64,000 bases of DNA from Camelus ferus (lineage: Eukaryota): contig NC_045696.1 of assembly GCF_009834535.1 (NCBI RefSeq), forward strand, positions 69,752,001 through 69,816,000, written 5' to 3'. The notes beneath the pieces were generated by a model, which saw nothing but the letters and a program-made list of their open reading frames with translations, searched no databases and was not told the DNA's origin. Of this stretch, positions 23,601-35,520 are shown one piece after another. A program made the position numbers and the translations under genes. Position 1 is the stretch's first letter. Every line of letters starts with the position of its first letter.

Positions 23601-26600
23601 ATTATCGAAGACGACATAGCCATAGTCATTCTCCCATGTCTACTCGCAGGCGTCATGTTGGGAATCGGGTAAGATGAAAAATAACGTTTCTGAAGCAATG
23701 GGCTGTCTAAAGCCACTTTATAATAATCTTTTCTATCTTGTGTTTTGTTTCATTTGATGTCAAAACTGATACTTGACAGTGGAGCTTTAGCATGGTTACC
23801 TGTAGAAGCTTTTTAGTGTTTTGTGTTTTTTTTTAGTGTTTTGAGATAGTCTGTCTTTTACTTAGAAAAAAAGATGTCTTCCATGTAATAATCTGCATTT
23901 GAGTTATCAGTCGCATATAGGCAAAATGGCATCATATTGGTAGCCTGTTAAGTTAAAACTCCACTGTGCATTACTGGTACAGTAATAGTACACTAGATTA
24001 TATAACATGTCTATATGTTCCATGATAATGTTACTCAAATTTTCTGGGTCTGTTTAAATGGTTTTTACAGAATGCTCTTCCTGAGTTTCCCATTTAGTTA
24101 TAAGGAAGTTTTCAGGTATTAAGGCTCTTACCTTCCATGAGAAGTTCCAAATGAGATGGCATTTAGTGTGTTCATACTGTGATTTCATTGTATAATCCGA
24201 ATAGTTTTATAGGATGTGTGTGTGTGAAAATGGGATGGAATTTGACTATTGTAAATATGTGTGTGAAATAAATGAAACTTTTAGGCAAATTCATTATGGC
24301 AACTGGAATACCAGCAACATTTGGTTCATAATTTTTATTATAATGATTTCAAGCTGCTTAATACCTGTTAAAGCTTGGTACGTATCTTCTGTGTGTGTGT
24401 GAACACTATGTATATGATGTTTCTATAGAAATAAAATCAAGCTGAACATGCTCTTCCGTATCTTTGACAATTTAGAGCCTCCCATTGTGTGGGTGGTATA
24501 TCTTAATTCAACATTTTAAATAGTTTTTTCCTTCTGGCTTAGAGAGACAGTGCTATTCTGATTATCCTTGTGTGTGCATATTGTGAGTGTGTGGACATTT
24601 CTTAGAATAAAGTCCTGGAAGATGAATCCTTTGGGTAAATTGCCCTCCAATCTCCAAAAAAAAAAAAGGTTTTTTACTAATATGAACTGCTATTCCCCCC
24701 CCACCTACCCCCACTTGATTATTTACAATCTTTCCTGCCCATTTTTAAACTTGCTTGTGGTGCTGCTGTAGCACTAATTTTTTAAATAGTATTTAATTTA
24801 GTTATCTACTTTAGTATTTGTGGCATTTTTGGCTAATTTGTGCATGATCCCTTTAAAAAAATACGACACATTTTAAAGTTTAAAATCCATTTTTCTATTT
24901 CTAGGCAAATCCTGATCCCAACTGTTGTCTTGGAGTATTTGGATTGAGCTTGTACACTACAGAAAGGGATCTAAGAGAAGTGTTCTCTAAATATGGCCCA
25001 ATTGCTGATGTGTCTATTGTATATGACCAGCAGTCCAGACGTTCAAGAGGATTTGCCTTTGTATATTTTGAAAACGTAGATGATGCCAAGGAAGTAAGTA
25101 AAAGTCTTGTAACTTCGTAAAAATACCAGTCCTATTGTTAACTTCAAGTACTTGGATAAGGACAATTTTTGCCTTTTCTAACTGTACCTTGAGCTAAAGG
25201 AAATCTATTCTTCTGAGAACAGCTATTGAAGTGAATAAAATGAACTTTTCCCCCAGCCTTTTAATTTGGAAAATTTCAAATGTATGCAGAATAACAAAAA
25301 TATGACAGTTGGTTCTGTATTCCAACTTGGTCTCCTACCACATTATTTGAAGTAAATTCCAGTGTAGTTGACTGTTTCCAGATGTGATATGTGTCTCAAT
25401 ACAGATCTGTAAAATATTTAGATAATGATACGCTCATTTAGAAAATTTAACCTGTGTTTACATTGAGTTACTTTGTAAAATGGAGAAAAACTGATTAAAA
25501 AGCTGATAAAAGTCGTGGCTCAGGTGAAAGGAACTGGTTTTGAGTATATACTGGCAAGTGATTTTATATTTTGATGTTGATTTGAGGCAAAATCTACAAA
25601 ATAAAAAACATTTTAGTATGTAGACTAAAAATATATCATTGTGTGAATCTAGGCCACATTTAAGAAATTTGGACTTTAGATACACATAAGGATGATAGCT
25701 GAAATCTCTAGGGACAGTATAAGCAAGGGAAAAGCTTGAGAAACTTAATGACAAGCCTTCTGAGATCAATATTGAGATTAGTAGTTGAGCCCTAAATAAA
25801 ATTACATAGTTTATACAATTTTTGTGAAGATTATACTAATTTTTAAAAACCATAAACTAATTTTTAAATAGAGTATAAGTTCATTTACTAAAAGAAGAAT
25901 TGAAAGCTGAATGCAAGTATTAGAGATTTAATTAAAGGGATGCTTTAAGATGGCATTCATTTTCATTTTGGTAATAATTGATCCTGAGAGATATAAATAG
26001 GATTTGCCCAAGGTTATTAACAGTATAGGCCTCCTGGTTTTCTTTTTTCTTTTTTCATGGGACCGCAGTTAACTTGAAAGACAGCATATTTTGTATCTGA
26101 ATCAGCAGTGCCAAAAACTGGAGGCTTTAAACAAACTAGAAAATAGCATTAATTGGAATTAGAAGTTTAAATTCTATTCAGGTGAGAGGGGGTTCTTTAA
26201 ATAAATTGTGAGCAAACTGCTGAGTCTTTGGGATATTTTTTCCTTAAGTGCATACTGTTTCATTTAGTGTATATTCTAGATGAAGGAAATACATGTAATT
26301 CAAACTTTCTCCATCCTAGCCTTTTGCTTCCATAGCAGGCAGGGATCCATAAACTTGTGTAAAGGATCAGACAGTAAATATTTTGGGCTGTGTATACCGT
26401 AAGATCTCAGTGACGATTTTTCAACTCTGCCTGCCATTGTAATGTAATGTAAAAGCAGCCATATATAGTATGCAAAGTAATGACTGGGGCTGTGCTTCAA
26501 TAAAACATTTATGGTAACTAAACTGAATTTCATGTAATTTCATTTATGAAGAATATTATTTTGATACCCCCCCCCCAGCCATTTAAATTCTTACTTTTAG

Positions 26601-29600
26601 CCCATGGGTCATAGTTTGTCAACTATGTATGTATGTATTTAGAGGTGCAAGCACTGTCAAACTGTAGTTAAGTAGAATAATTACTTCAAGTATGCATGGG
26701 TTAAACTGTCATTTTTGTCTTATTAGGCAAACTTCTCTGGGCTTTTATGGTTAGCTTTTACAAATATTTAATGGACAGAAAACCCATAATGTTCTGGCCT
26801 GAAACCTCCAGTTGGACTTTATGTATAGTTATTTTTTGGATAGTTCGGGGCTTTGTCCAGGATGTATATGACAACTTATGTGGTTTTTTGAAGGCAAAAG
26901 AGCGTGCCAATGGAATGGAGCTTGATGGACGTAGGATCAGAGTTGATTTCTCTATAACAAAAAGACCACATACCCCAACACCAGGAATTTACATGGGGAG
27001 ACCTACCTAGTAAGTTTATTTTCAAGGTTGTTAAAATTTGATATACAGTTCAATTTAACTTCGAAGAGCTATGCATGATGGGGGCGGGAGGATCTTTGGA
27101 ATTTCAGACTGGCTAAACCTATGTTCAGTGGAAACATTCTGTTGGTGGCACAAATTTTGATACCATTGAATAGATCGCATCCCATTTTATCATAAAGAAA
27201 TAACATACTGACCTTTGCTGGGTAATTAAATGTTCGTCATCAGACCATTTTTCACTATTAAAGGTAAAATCAAATTTAGATAAATCTTACTAATTTGTTA
27301 TTCATAGTGGCAGCTCACGCCGTCGGGATTACTATGACAGAGGATATGATCGAGGCTATGATGATCGGGACTATTATAGTAGATCATACAGGTAAGTTAA
27401 CCATAATACAAAATTTAAGTAGCCCCCAAAACTGAAAGACAAACTATCTCTTCTCCTGACTCAGTTGCAGCCTAATTTAAAGCAGTGCTATACCTAAGTT
27501 TTAGCCTTTGATAAAGTCGTTACCTTAAATACTAAAATGCAGACTTTTAGGTATTATGTCTTTTTAACTTATCTTCATATGTATATGTTTTAAACAGCAA
27601 GTTGTAAACCAGCTGAAATCCCTGTTTTAAAATGTGACAGTGCAAACAAAATTATAGACCATAAAGTGAGTTTCATGTGCTGTATTTTGAAAGCCATTGC
27701 TTTATAAAGCAAGTTTTTAGGTATCTAAGGTATGCACTGGAGGGCAGGAAAAACTGATTCTTGAGAGTCCAAACAAGTACTTAAGGGCAATAATTTAATG
27801 TAACAGTGATAAATGGGGTTTTTTTTATTACCAAAAATACATTTTTCAGGAGTTGGTAGGGAAATGCCCATGATATTGGAAATATTTTGAAAGGTAAAAA
27901 TGAAGTGAGAAGTCTCCTTTATTTTAGCAGCAGCAGGTAATTTAGAGCCTGTCTTGTCAAAATGTAAATTGCATAGTAAGTATAGACCACAGCAGTTATC
28001 CTTCTTTGGATACCTAATTTTAGTGTGGTGTTTAGGTGTGGATGTCTCCTGCCTTCCCCCACCCCCAAGACTACTTGGTAATAGGGTAATAGGTTTATTG
28101 ATTGATTGATTGGAGGTACTGGGTATTGAACTAAGGACCTTGGGCATGCTGAGCATTCACTCTACCACTAACCTATACCCTGCCCCCCATTTGGTAATGT
28201 TTTAAGAAGTTGACAGTCCTGATACCTATCACTGACAAAAAGAAACTTTGCTAAAAATGACATTTCTGTACTAAGTGACACTTAAGGGATTGATTTGTGG
28301 AGGCTGCATAGATTAGGGTGTTAGAATTTATTTTTACTTTCATTCACTTGAGCATTTACTTCTAATACTTATTTTAACCACCAGGGAGAGCTCTTTGCTG
28401 GTTTGTAAAAGGTGGCAAAAGCAGCTGTTTATCACTTAAAGGAAACTAGCTCTCACTTCTCGAGTCACAATTTTATTGCATGAATTGTATACTTTCAAAA
28501 ACTTTAAAAATGAATATATGTTTCTTTTCTGCCTACACAGAGGAGGCGGTGGAGGAGGAGGAGGATGGAGAGCCGCTCAAGACAGGGATCAAATATATAG
28601 GTATACCAGAAGATTTAAAATCTGTAACAGTATTAGTAGAATGGCTCACATAAAACGTGGTTATTAGTATTTTGGTAGTTAAATTATGTCATGTTGCACA
28701 AAATTGGATTGCATGAAGTTCATAAAAACTAAACTAAACTGAAGCCAAATGATAATGTGTACATGGCTTAATTTGTGTGTTTACAGAAATTAATTGGGCT
28801 TACACTAGGTGATTAGTCAGTGGTACCATGATGGTATAAACTAAGAACCCATAATATTTTACTCTTTGTTTATTCCTGATAGTTTTGTTAGCTTTTTGTA
28901 AGCATCTCAGAATAAGCAAGTGAATATTCAAGTCAGTCTTATGTAAAACTAAATCACTTTGAAGTACTATGAATGAAATTTTATTTTGGGTATCATTCAT
29001 GGGGTATGGTTAAAACTAGTGGTAAGAATTTTTTTTTTCTTTAACATTCTACTTAACAATTTAAAATGAGTTAGCAGATTGAATGAATATATGCCTTGCT
29101 ATATTTGATCTGTTGACAATCTCCAGTAGTTAGATTATCTGGTACTGGGCCTGATTATGTGCTTCATTCTCAGGACTGAAACAGACCTTGACATCCCATG
29201 ACCGATGGAATATTTTTGAAGGTCAATAAGGACCTTTTGAAAGGTTTTGAAACTGATAAAGGGACCATATATAATTTTCATGTGTCAATTTAGTCTAACT
29301 GTAATCTGTAGAGTCTTAGATGATCTTGACATTTGTTTACAGAAGACGGTCACCTTCTCCTTACTATAGTCGTGGAGGATACAGATCACGATCCCGATCT
29401 CGATCATACTCTCCTCGTAAGTTTTGATACGATTTTTTTGTTTTAATAGCAGGCTTGCCCTGACTTAACAAACCACAGCAGGTAACGGGTTGATTCAATA
29501 CTTTCCCCTGTTTCTCCCCAATTTTTGTGTTGTAGGGTTCAAGGAAGTATATGAAAACAACCCTTGTCATCTTACTGTTGCTAGTTAAGATAGCAAATGT

Positions 29601-30061
29601 ATGTCATGTCACCATCTGTAGCTTTTGGCAGGGGGGCAAGGGGAGGTTATTAGGTTTATTTATTTACTTTTAGAGGAGGTGCTGAGGGTTGTACCCAGGA
29701 CCTCGTGCATGCTAAGCATACACTCTACCCCTTGAGCTATACCTTCCCCCCCTGTAGTTTTGTTGTTTTTTTTTTTAAGAAGTCCTTACAGTTTTTGTAC
29801 AATTTTTGTACAGCTTGGAAACATTTGAGTGACTTAAACCTTTAGCCATCAGGTTGAGTTATACTCCCAGCTATTTCTGTTTAACATTGGTTTTCTTAGT
29901 GGAACCCTTATGTGAATGTCTTCTATTCTCACAGTAGGGGATCTCGTACATAGGAATTTCCTGGTGGCAGAATAGTCTTAAAATTTTCAACATTAAAAGT
30001 ATATACTTGATGATCAGTTCTCAGTATTGAAACATTTCTTTTCTTCCTAGGTCGCTATTAA
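10792..30061 (+). CDS. TRA2B: TRA2B, spliced CDS of 9 exons: join(10792..10827,22294..22427,23506..23668,24905..25093,26894..27009,27308..27391,28541..28600,29343..29416,30051..30061); 288 aa
   Basis: Exon lengths 36+134+163+189+116+84+60+74+11 = 867 nt. All introns are GT-AG and the frame is open. The translation [22 protein letters not shown]...LGVFGL...RGFAFVYF...[19 protein letters not shown]...SYSPRRY* matches mammalian Tra2-beta1 as I recall it. Confidence 0.98.
16968..17243 (+). other. TRA2B: TRA2B poison cassette exon (exon 2), 276 nt, with in-frame premature stop
   Basis: Acceptor ttctttttctattaag|GTT and donor CTAA|gtaatt. In frame after exon 1 it reads [26 protein letters not shown] then TGA at 17046-17048 (38-aa product). 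About 12 AGAA motifs. Matches the known ultraconserved TRA2B poison exon. Confidence 0.95.
22294..22427 (+). CDS. TRA2B: TRA2B exon 3 (RS1, first part)
   Basis: tgtag|GAATCC...TCTAG|gtaaga; encodes [44 protein letters not shown]. Confidence 0.96.
22578..22750 (+). mobile_element. MIR SINE (intron 3)
   Basis: gtggttaagagcctgggc, ggttcaaatc, and ttgggcagattacctaacct. Confidence 0.7.
22918..23048 (+). mobile_element. MER94-like hAT MITE
   Basis: tcctggtttgcccaggtcagccccagtttatgcctattgtc...catatgatcattgta resembles the recalled MER94 consensus. Confidence 0.65.
23506..23668 (+). CDS. TRA2B: TRA2B exon 4 (RS1, contains internal Met101)
   Basis: ctttcag|GTCTAG...AATCGG|gtaaga; RS dipeptides followed by [18 protein letters not shown]. 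Confidence 0.97.
24905..25093 (+). CDS. TRA2B: TRA2B exon 5 (RRM, RNP2 and RNP1)
   Basis: tttctag|GCAAAT...AAGGAA|gtaagt; contains LGVFGL (RNP2) and RGFAFVYF (RNP1). Confidence 0.97.
26340..26627 (+). mobile_element. MER58B-like hAT-Charlie element
   Basis: taaaggatcagacagtaaatattttgggct, aaagcagccata, ggctgtgcttcaataaaacattt, and gtcatagtttgtcaac. Confidence 0.75.
26894..27009 (+). CDS. TRA2B: TRA2B exon 6 (RRM end and Tra2 linker)
   Basis: ttgaag|GCAAAA...ACCTA|gtaagt; [38 protein letters not shown]. Confidence 0.97.
27308..27391 (+). CDS. TRA2B: TRA2B exon 7
   Basis: ttcatag|TGGC...TACAG|gtaagt; [27 protein letters not shown]. Confidence 0.96.
28084..28188 (-). mobile_element. tRNA-derived SINE, antisense, intron 7
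   Basis: Same family as above; TSD ttggtaat at 28075-28082 and 28191-28198. Confidence 0.85.
28541..28600 (+). CDS. TRA2B: TRA2B exon 8 (poly-glycine exon, 60 nt)
   Basis: ctacacag|AGGA...TATAG|gtatac; encodes Gly8[11 protein letters not shown]. Confidence 0.95.
   Translation, partial: RRRWRRRRMESRSRQGSNI
29343..29416 (+). CDS. TRA2B: TRA2B exon 9 (RS2)
   Basis: tttacag|AAGACGG...CCTC|gtaagt; [24 protein letters not shown]. Confidence 0.96.
29628..29751 (-). mobile_element. tRNA-derived SINE, antisense, last intron
   Basis: Same family; imperfect TSD ctgtagcttttg (from 29616) and ctgtagttttg (from 29752). Confidence 0.85.
30051..30061 (+). CDS. TRA2B: TRA2B last exon, coding part (RRY*)
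   Basis: tttcttttcttcctag|GTCGCTATTAA; stop TAA at 30059-30061. Confidence 0.95.
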
Positions 30062-31070
30062 AAAGCATGAAGTTGAAGACTTTCTGAAACCTGCCCTAGA
30101 GTTGGGATATTGTTTGTGGACAATATTTTTTATTGTCTCCTGTTTAAAAAGTGAACAGTGCCTAGTGAAGTTAGGTGACTTTTACACCTTTTCTGATGAC
30201 TACTTTTGGTGGAGTTGAAATGCTGTTTTCATTCTGCATTTGTGTAGTTCGGTGCTTTGTTCAAAGTTAAGTGTTTTCAGAGAAGTATGTTTTGCATGTA
30301 TTTTTTTACAGTCTAAATTTTGACTGCTGAGAAGTTTCTATTGTACAAAACTTCATTTAAAAGGTTTTTCTACTGAATCCAGGGTATTCTGAAGATCGAA
30401 GCCTGTGTGTAAAATGCTACCAAATGGCAAAAAGCAACAATAAAGTCTGGTTTTTACTTTTCTTTCTAACATATCAATGCTTAGCAGAACTGCTCAGATT
30501 AGATTGTCAGTAGTAAATTAAAGACAAAAATGCCCATTTTCCTCCAGTCCATGAAACATACCATATACTTAATATACCTGCAATTAAGTGTTAAAAATTA
30601 TGCTCTGTAACTCTATACTGCTAGTATTAGAACTAAAGAACTTTCAATACAGTAAATGCTTAATGCTTATATAAATGTGGATTTGTTGGCCTTTATGTAA
30701 TAATCTGTATTATATATAGCAGGGAATAAGATAAGAGTTACACAATGTATGCCTTAAAAAGGCTATTTCTTACAGCTGTTACAAGGCGATAATGGTATTT
30801 CAACTAGTTATCAGCAAGTTACAATACATTCCACCACAAATGTACTCTTGTTCTTCTAGCTTTTAGCCTATATGGAAAAACGGGGTGCTTCAGAGTTCGG
30901 GAAAAGAGAAGGGAACACTATACCTGTGTTGTGGATTAACTGAAGATTTTGCCTGTTCATTTTTTAAATATTATTTTCAGGTCCTTTGCTTACCAAAGGA
31001 GGCCCAATTTCACTCAAATGTTTTGAGAAATGTGTTTAAATAAATGCAAATGAAAAGAGTAAAAAGGCTG
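30062..31070 (+). other. TRA2B: TRA2B 3' UTR with proximal and distal poly(A) signals
   Basis: AATAAA at 30439-30444 followed by a U-rich tract, ATTAAA at 30517-30522, AATAAA at 31039-31044. The true 3' ends cannot be fixed from DNA alone, and longer UTRs are possible. Confidence 0.75.
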
Positions 31071-33469
31071 GTACAACTCAGTTTATAAAGAAGATGTTTA
31101 ACCTTGCTACATATGATTAGAGTTTTTTAAAGTTTCTCTCAAGCAGTATTCATTGGGCTGAGGTGTATTCTTGTTTTAAATAGATAAATTGTGTATTGTT
31201 AGAAAATATGTTAAGAGTAATTAGGTAGTGGAGTGATCATCTCCACTTGGGGGATGGTGTTACATTAAAATAACTCTAGTCCCCACACTTGCCCTGAAGG
31301 TGCCTGAAATGCTTCTTCTGAATTTAGGTTATTTTTATGGCCATTTCTAGGGAAATTGCTATAGGCGGGTAATTATAGTTTGTTAGCCTGCTGATCTTTG
31401 TATGCTTAGATAAAATATAGCATGTCCCAAGTATTCTGTAAAGCGCTTCCCATATATTATATTTAGTCTGTAGTAATTTACCTTAGGACAAACAGCTACT
31501 GAAGGCAATGCTAGGATCTGAACTTGGGACCGGTCTCAATATGTACTGTTAAATGCTGATGTCATTCTGCCTCTAATCTGGGTGACAAGGTGGTGTAAAA
31601 TATTGGTAGTGGAGTGTAGGCAGTATTCATAGGCCTTAATTTGCCAAACTTGACAGGAAGTTAACAGGTTGAGATGGGTGGAAGAGTGTTGAGACGCCTT
31701 TCCTATTCTGAGATAAGAAAGCAAGTAGTAGTCTTCTTTAGTGTGCTTAATGGTGGTCATCTGGTTCCATGAAAGGAGAAGCTTTGAGGGTCCCCTGGGT
31801 TAACTGCTGCCATGGACGACCAGTTTTAAATGAACAAAGAATGTCAGAACCATGGGAGAGAAAGGCATGTAAGTTAATGTCTTGAAATTCTAACCTCAAG
31901 GGAAGGGAACCAGGATTTTTATATGCTAGTGTTATGTTGCTTATAGTTGTGGGGCTAAGATTACTGAAGCCAAATACAAAGCTGATGTGCAGAGGGTTGC
32001 TAAATTAAAATAGTTAAAATTTGTAAACATACTAGGATCTCATTACTCAGGAAATAAGTAGGGTCCCAACAGTTGGCATATGTTTTGTTTTGTTTTTTTG
32101 AGGCCTTTGAGAACCCACACCTAAAATGGATATGTTTCCCTTGCATAGTGAAAGTATGTTCCAGGATAAAACTAAAAATTCTCAGTCCTCCTTTCCCGTT
32201 AATCAGTATTTCAACTTGGTGAGGCCAAGGGGAGAAACTATGAATTAGACTAGGAAAGAAAAAAGTTTCACCCATTTACATACTCACAAACTAGTAAATT
32301 TTATAGGGCTAGATTTTGAGACAAGATTGTGTTGGATTTGTTGATATGAATGCACATAACACCAGTTTGGCTTCAGCTGACAGACTGGTCTTGATTTTAC
32401 AGCCAAAAACCTGGATCTCAGGAACATAGATAGGCATCTTAACATTCATAGTCATGAACCCTTTGAAGGAGAGGGTTCTTCAGAAATGGAAAATAACTAC
32501 CTGTGCATATGATCAGCTTTACTAAGTTAAAGGTATTCTGCAACCATTTAACTACATACTGGAGAGCTTCCCAGAAATAATGGATTCTGGCGTGCAATAC
32601 TACTTCATGGGAACCAAGGGACACAGACACCACTGTGATCAAAAGTCAGAATGGGGGTTTAGGAGATGGATAGGATTATGACCCCAAGTCTACTTAAATG
32701 GTAAGCCTGGTGGAACCCTCATTCCTCTTGTGGTTTTACTAGAATCCTCAAAACCTTGGGATAAAGGCCAAATGGAAGCCATTAGGACTTCCCACTTACA
32801 TTAAAATGGTATATGAAAATCACTTACCTGAAGACTGCAAAGAGTAGTATCCCTGTAAATAACTTGAGAGATGCATGCTGATTTACTTTCCCATTCACTT
32901 ACCCAGTTTGGCCAGTGTGTACACTGATGGTTAAGTGGTGATTTTAAACATGGGTGCTCATTCAGATCAAGATTTCTATTCTCCATAAATCCTAAAATAG
33001 ACCATTTTAACTGAGTCATGGAATGTATGAACATTTTTAAGGCTCACTGAATACCACCAGTATATATCACTGTTACTTTCCAGAAGGGCTCTACTAATTG
33101 GCCCTTTCCCAGCAAAGGTATGAAAGTACCTAAATTTTTAGGCTTACCACAATTACATAGTCATAGAATCTTCAAATTTGATAGATAAAAGCACCTTGCT
33201 TGAGTTTTAGAAAATGGATTATCTGGTCTGAAGAGTCATGCTTTTATCTTTGGCTGTCTTTAAAGTTCTGATTGCTTTTGGTGTATCCCAAGACACATGA
33301 CACTGGGAATAGAGCACAACTGTCTTCCATTATCCATCCCATTCACTGCTGCTTGTTAACTCCCGACTATGAGATGGGGTGATGGATTTATGCCATGAGT
33401 TTTATCTAGAGCTCTAAGCAGTCAGCACAGATGCCATCTGTTTTACTTCATATTCAGTTTAATGTTTAT

Positions 33470-35520
33470 GCATTCAACATTCTGAGCTGTGTTACAGACT
33501 AAGTCCTAGGGTTACAGAACTGGACAAAGTGGAAAAAAGGCTGAAAAGGTTAGAATTTTAAGTAAGTTGATCAGGGAAGGCCGCATCTAATACAGCATTT
33601 GAGTAGAGACGGAAAAGGTGAAACAGCCAAATGTGTATTTAGGGGAGGAATAGTCTAGGCAGAAGACATATAGGAAGTTCCTTGGCTTGTTAAAATTTTA
33701 GAGCACACCAGAGGCCAATGTGAGTAAAGAGTAGGAGGTAAGACCAGGTGAGTAAGCAGGGGGCCCAAGCACTTCATTAATGACTTTATGGAAAATCATT
33801 AGGAAAATTTGGCTTTTACTCATGCCGAGATGGGGAAACCATTGTGAGTGTTGCTCAACTACTGAATGAGCTCTCAATCTAGTGGGACCGACAGCCACGT
33901 TGTAGAGTTAATTTCACTAGTATGGGAGATGTATTAGAGGTTATGTGAGTGCTATGAGCCCACAGTGGAGGGGTCCTGGGCAAGGCTTGGGTGAGATGAC
34001 AGCAGTACTGCTGGGTTTATAATCATGTTTGCAAAAAGTGTTTTGTAAGCCATAAAAGTTAATACTCAAAAGAATTTTGAAGACCATGCATATGAAGGCT
34101 AACTGGCCACTTGTCACAGAATTTAGTACAGACGTGTCCTGTATCCACACTGGAACACTCCTTGTTCCCATAATTAAAGCTTGCTTACACTTAATTGTCA
34201 GCCTTTTCATGACTCTGTGGAGTTTCTAAATACTCTCCAAGTGTATCTGATCAACTATTGTGGCATAATCAGTCATGAAAACTCAGAGGCAAACAGTAAG
34301 TATTTACCTGCTAATTTCAGCCAGGCTCTCTTCTGCAGGACGGCTGGGGTTGACTGATAGAGACTGCGAGAGATAGGTTGGCTTCACACTAAGTGTGGGT
34401 CTGTTCCACAAGTCTCAGCCTCGTTGGAGTGAGCAAACAAGCACGTTCCTTTCATTATGAAAGAGAGAAGTTCGGTCCTCCAAGTATATATATTCTGCTT
34501 GTACTACTACTCTTCCTATAGACAAAAAAAAGTCACATGGCCAAGGAAAAGGTCAAAGGATGAGGAAAACTACTTTTAGTTGGGAGGCTGCAAAATTATG
34601 TGGCAAAAGTGATAGGTGCAAAGAAGTTAAATCTGCCATACTAAGTTTTCCATGCTGGTACTGGACAGGTGTCATTTTCTCAGCTTCCCATCATGCAGAC
34701 CTCCTGCCTTTGGGACATTCCCCAAACAATGCATCTTGCTAGGAGGCAGAGCCCACTATCACCGTAGGTGCCAGATACTTGTATATGCATCCTCTGCATC
34801 TAGAACATAGGCATGTGGACTAGGTTTGGTTAATAAGATGCATACAAACTTTAAATCAGTAACCTGTAACCTCAAGTAGTAGCAGCAGTAGGAAATCTAT
34901 TTGAGTGGAGTGGGTAAGTGCCTCAAAGATGTCAGCAATATGTGGGTTGTTTGGAACTGGGGATTAGGGAGGGAGGTCTAGCTCCAGCGGCCAGATTTCT
35001 TATGTCAGTGGCAGCAGTGGGTTTGTCCAGGGTTTGGCAGTGATGATCACCTCAGTGAACTGACTTTGTGGTGTGGCTTTGTTAAACTTCCTTCCTAGCC
35101 CAGTTCTTTCCTCCTGCAGAATCTGCAGACTTCCCAAATGTTCTTAAAAACTAAACAGACCAAAAAACCCTTCTTTATCTGCTTGCATCAGCTGGCATTG
35201 TTTTTTTATTGTTTACAATCAAGAATCTTGACTGGTAAAAATCTCGTCTTTTTGTGATGCCTAATTGGTAGCTCTCTCTCTAGTCTCAATTCATATACCC
35301 TCTAGTCCACTCTTCACTTAAGCAGTGAAAGTAAATGTGTTAAGAGGTAAATCAGATCACGTCATTCATTTGCTTTAAAATCCTTCAGCGGCTTCCTCTT
35401 GTATTTAGATATAAATACAAACATTTTTACTGGCTTGCAAGGACTTTCATCATCTAAACAACACTCCCAACACGCTGGGTCTCTCCAACCTCATCTTGCA
35501 ACTTTCTTTTTTGAATACTA
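33470..35520. mobile_element. L2 fragments and MLT1-like LTR remnants
   Basis: L2-like tcagggaaggcc...catttgagtagagac and aaatcagatcacgtcattc; MLT1-like aagtcacatggccaag. Highly decayed. Confidence 0.5.

Noticed and set aside
26747..27010. ORF-track proteins with novel N-termini fused to TRA2B sequence (also 23486 and 28476)
   Set aside because: These are intronic read-through into real exons; the splice sites explain the true boundaries.
29450..29545. Cryptic splice signals just after exon 9 (taatag|, cag|gtaacg, ttgtag|)
   Set aside because: The first acceptor is only 33 nt from the donor, too short for an intron. No convincing exon can be defined from the others.
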